64,000 bases of DNA, taken from Octopus sinensis. Taxonomy: Eukaryota. The notes under the pieces were generated by a model. It ran no database searches. It was given only the letters and a program-made list of their open reading frames with translations, and was not told the DNA's origin. A program made the position numbers and the translations under genes. The stretch lies in the NCBI RefSeq assembly GCF_006345805.1, contig NC_043019.1:5703360-5767359 (forward strand). The letters run 5' to 3'. Positions 62,651 to 64,000 of this stretch are shown piece after piece. Each line of letters opens with the position of its first letter. Position 1 is the stretch's first letter.

Positions 62651-63134
62651 TGTGATAGCGTAACAAAACTAATTGCCTGATACTTCAGGGGTACAATTAT
62701 CTACGAAAAAAATAATTGAAATAATTAGGTAGTGATTAAGAACACGCAGCAAGCTGGACATATCTACTCTGTCATAGCGACCCAGTTTACACATCATCTC
62801 CAATGTGTTCTATACCACATCAACTATTGTTGGATGTGTAGCAACAGATACGCGCACAAGGAAAATTCCATGAACACTTACAGATAAACTCAATGCATTA
62901 TCCACCAGATGAACCAAAAAGTGAAATTATGTTTCTTTAGGGAATCAAAATTACTTCCCTGTATGATGAAACTGACTAAGCTGTCACTATAAAGCTTTTC
63001 TTTGTTAAAATAAAATATGATTACATAATGATATTGAGTGATCCTTTGAGTAATGTTAACTACTATTTACATATAACTATAATTTATATATATTTATATT
63101 ATTATATATATAACTATAATTTATATATAACTGG

Positions 63135-63455
63135 CCTCATGCAGGTGGCACGTAAAATGCACCATCCGTTCGTGGCCGTTGCCAGCCTCGCCTGGCCCCC
63201 GTGCCAGTGACACATAAAAAGCACCATCCAATCATGGCCGTTTGCCAGACTCGTCTGGCACCTGTGCCGGTGGCACGTAAAAAGCACCCACTACGCTCAT
63301 GGAGTGGTTGGCGTTAGGAAGGGCATCCAGCCATAGAAACATTGCCAGATCAAACTGGGCTTGGTGCAGCCTTCTGATTTCCCAGACCCCAGTTGAACAG
63401 TCCAACCCATGCTAGCATGGAAAGCAGACGCTAAACAATGATGATGATGATGATG
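63135..63455 (+). mobile_element. RTE-type LINE 3' end copy
   Basis: Two to three tandem units, then the terminal module and (GAT)n. Confidence 0.8.
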
Positions 63456-63501
63456 AATGAGGACGTATTTCACAAAAGGAAAAGTATTATAACCATGCAT
63501 A

Positions 63502-63667
63502 GGTGCAGGAGTGGCTGTGTGGTAAGTAGCTTGCTTACCAACCACATGGTTCCGGGTTCAGTCCCACTGCGTGGCACCTTGGGCAAGTGTCTTCTACTAT
63601 AGCCTCGGGCCGACCAATGCCTTGTGAGTGGATTTTGGTAGACGGAAACTGAAAGAAGCCCGTCGTA

Positions 63668-63705
<38 letters not shown>

Positions 63706-63708
63706 ATT

Positions 63709-63750
<42 letters not shown>

Positions 63751-63969
63751 CGTGTATGTTTGTGTGTCTGTGTTTGTCCCCCTAGCATTGCTTGACAACC
63801 GATGCTGGTGTGTTTATGTCCCCGTCACTTAGCGGTTCGGCAAAAGAGACCAATAGAATAAGTACTGGGCTTACAAAGAATAAATCCCGGGGTCGAGTTG
63901 CTCGACTAAAGGCAGTGCTCCAGCATGGCCGCAGACAACTGACTGAAACAAGTAAAAGAGTAAAAGAGT
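63502..63969 (+). mobile_element. SINE family A, full-length copy
   Basis: Head, internal microsatellite and tail. Confidence 0.92.
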
Positions 63970-64000
63970 AGCTGAGGTTGGGTATAGGGACAACACTTAT

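Overview
This is AT-rich eukaryotic genomic DNA dominated by microsatellites. The repeat content looks like a coleoid cephalopod, most likely Octopus (inferred from recalled repeat families, not from a database search). Nearly every ORF in the supplied track is a translation artefact of (TA)n, (CA)n, (TACA)n, (ATT)n or (GGT)n arrays or of decayed transposons. Supportable content: (1) three tRNA-derived SINE-like families in dozens of copies, often nested; (2) decayed LINE fragments of Tx1/L1, CR1, RTE, R4/Dong, CRE and probably L2 type; (3) DNA transposons, namely a DD37D maT remnant, a near full-length mariner, deleted mariners, pogo-, piggyBac-, hAT- and Merlin-like MITEs, and two non-autonomous Helitrons; (4) about a dozen long fold-back palindromes, several carrying type I hammerhead-ribozyme-like motifs of the kind described in Penelope-like elements and retrozymes; (5) a tentative, phase-consistent set of small minus-strand exons (61053-61003, 57382-57351, 8759-8649, 4575 onward). 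If those exons are real, most of the window is intron of one unidentified gene. No CRISPR array, rRNA or true tRNA gene is supported.
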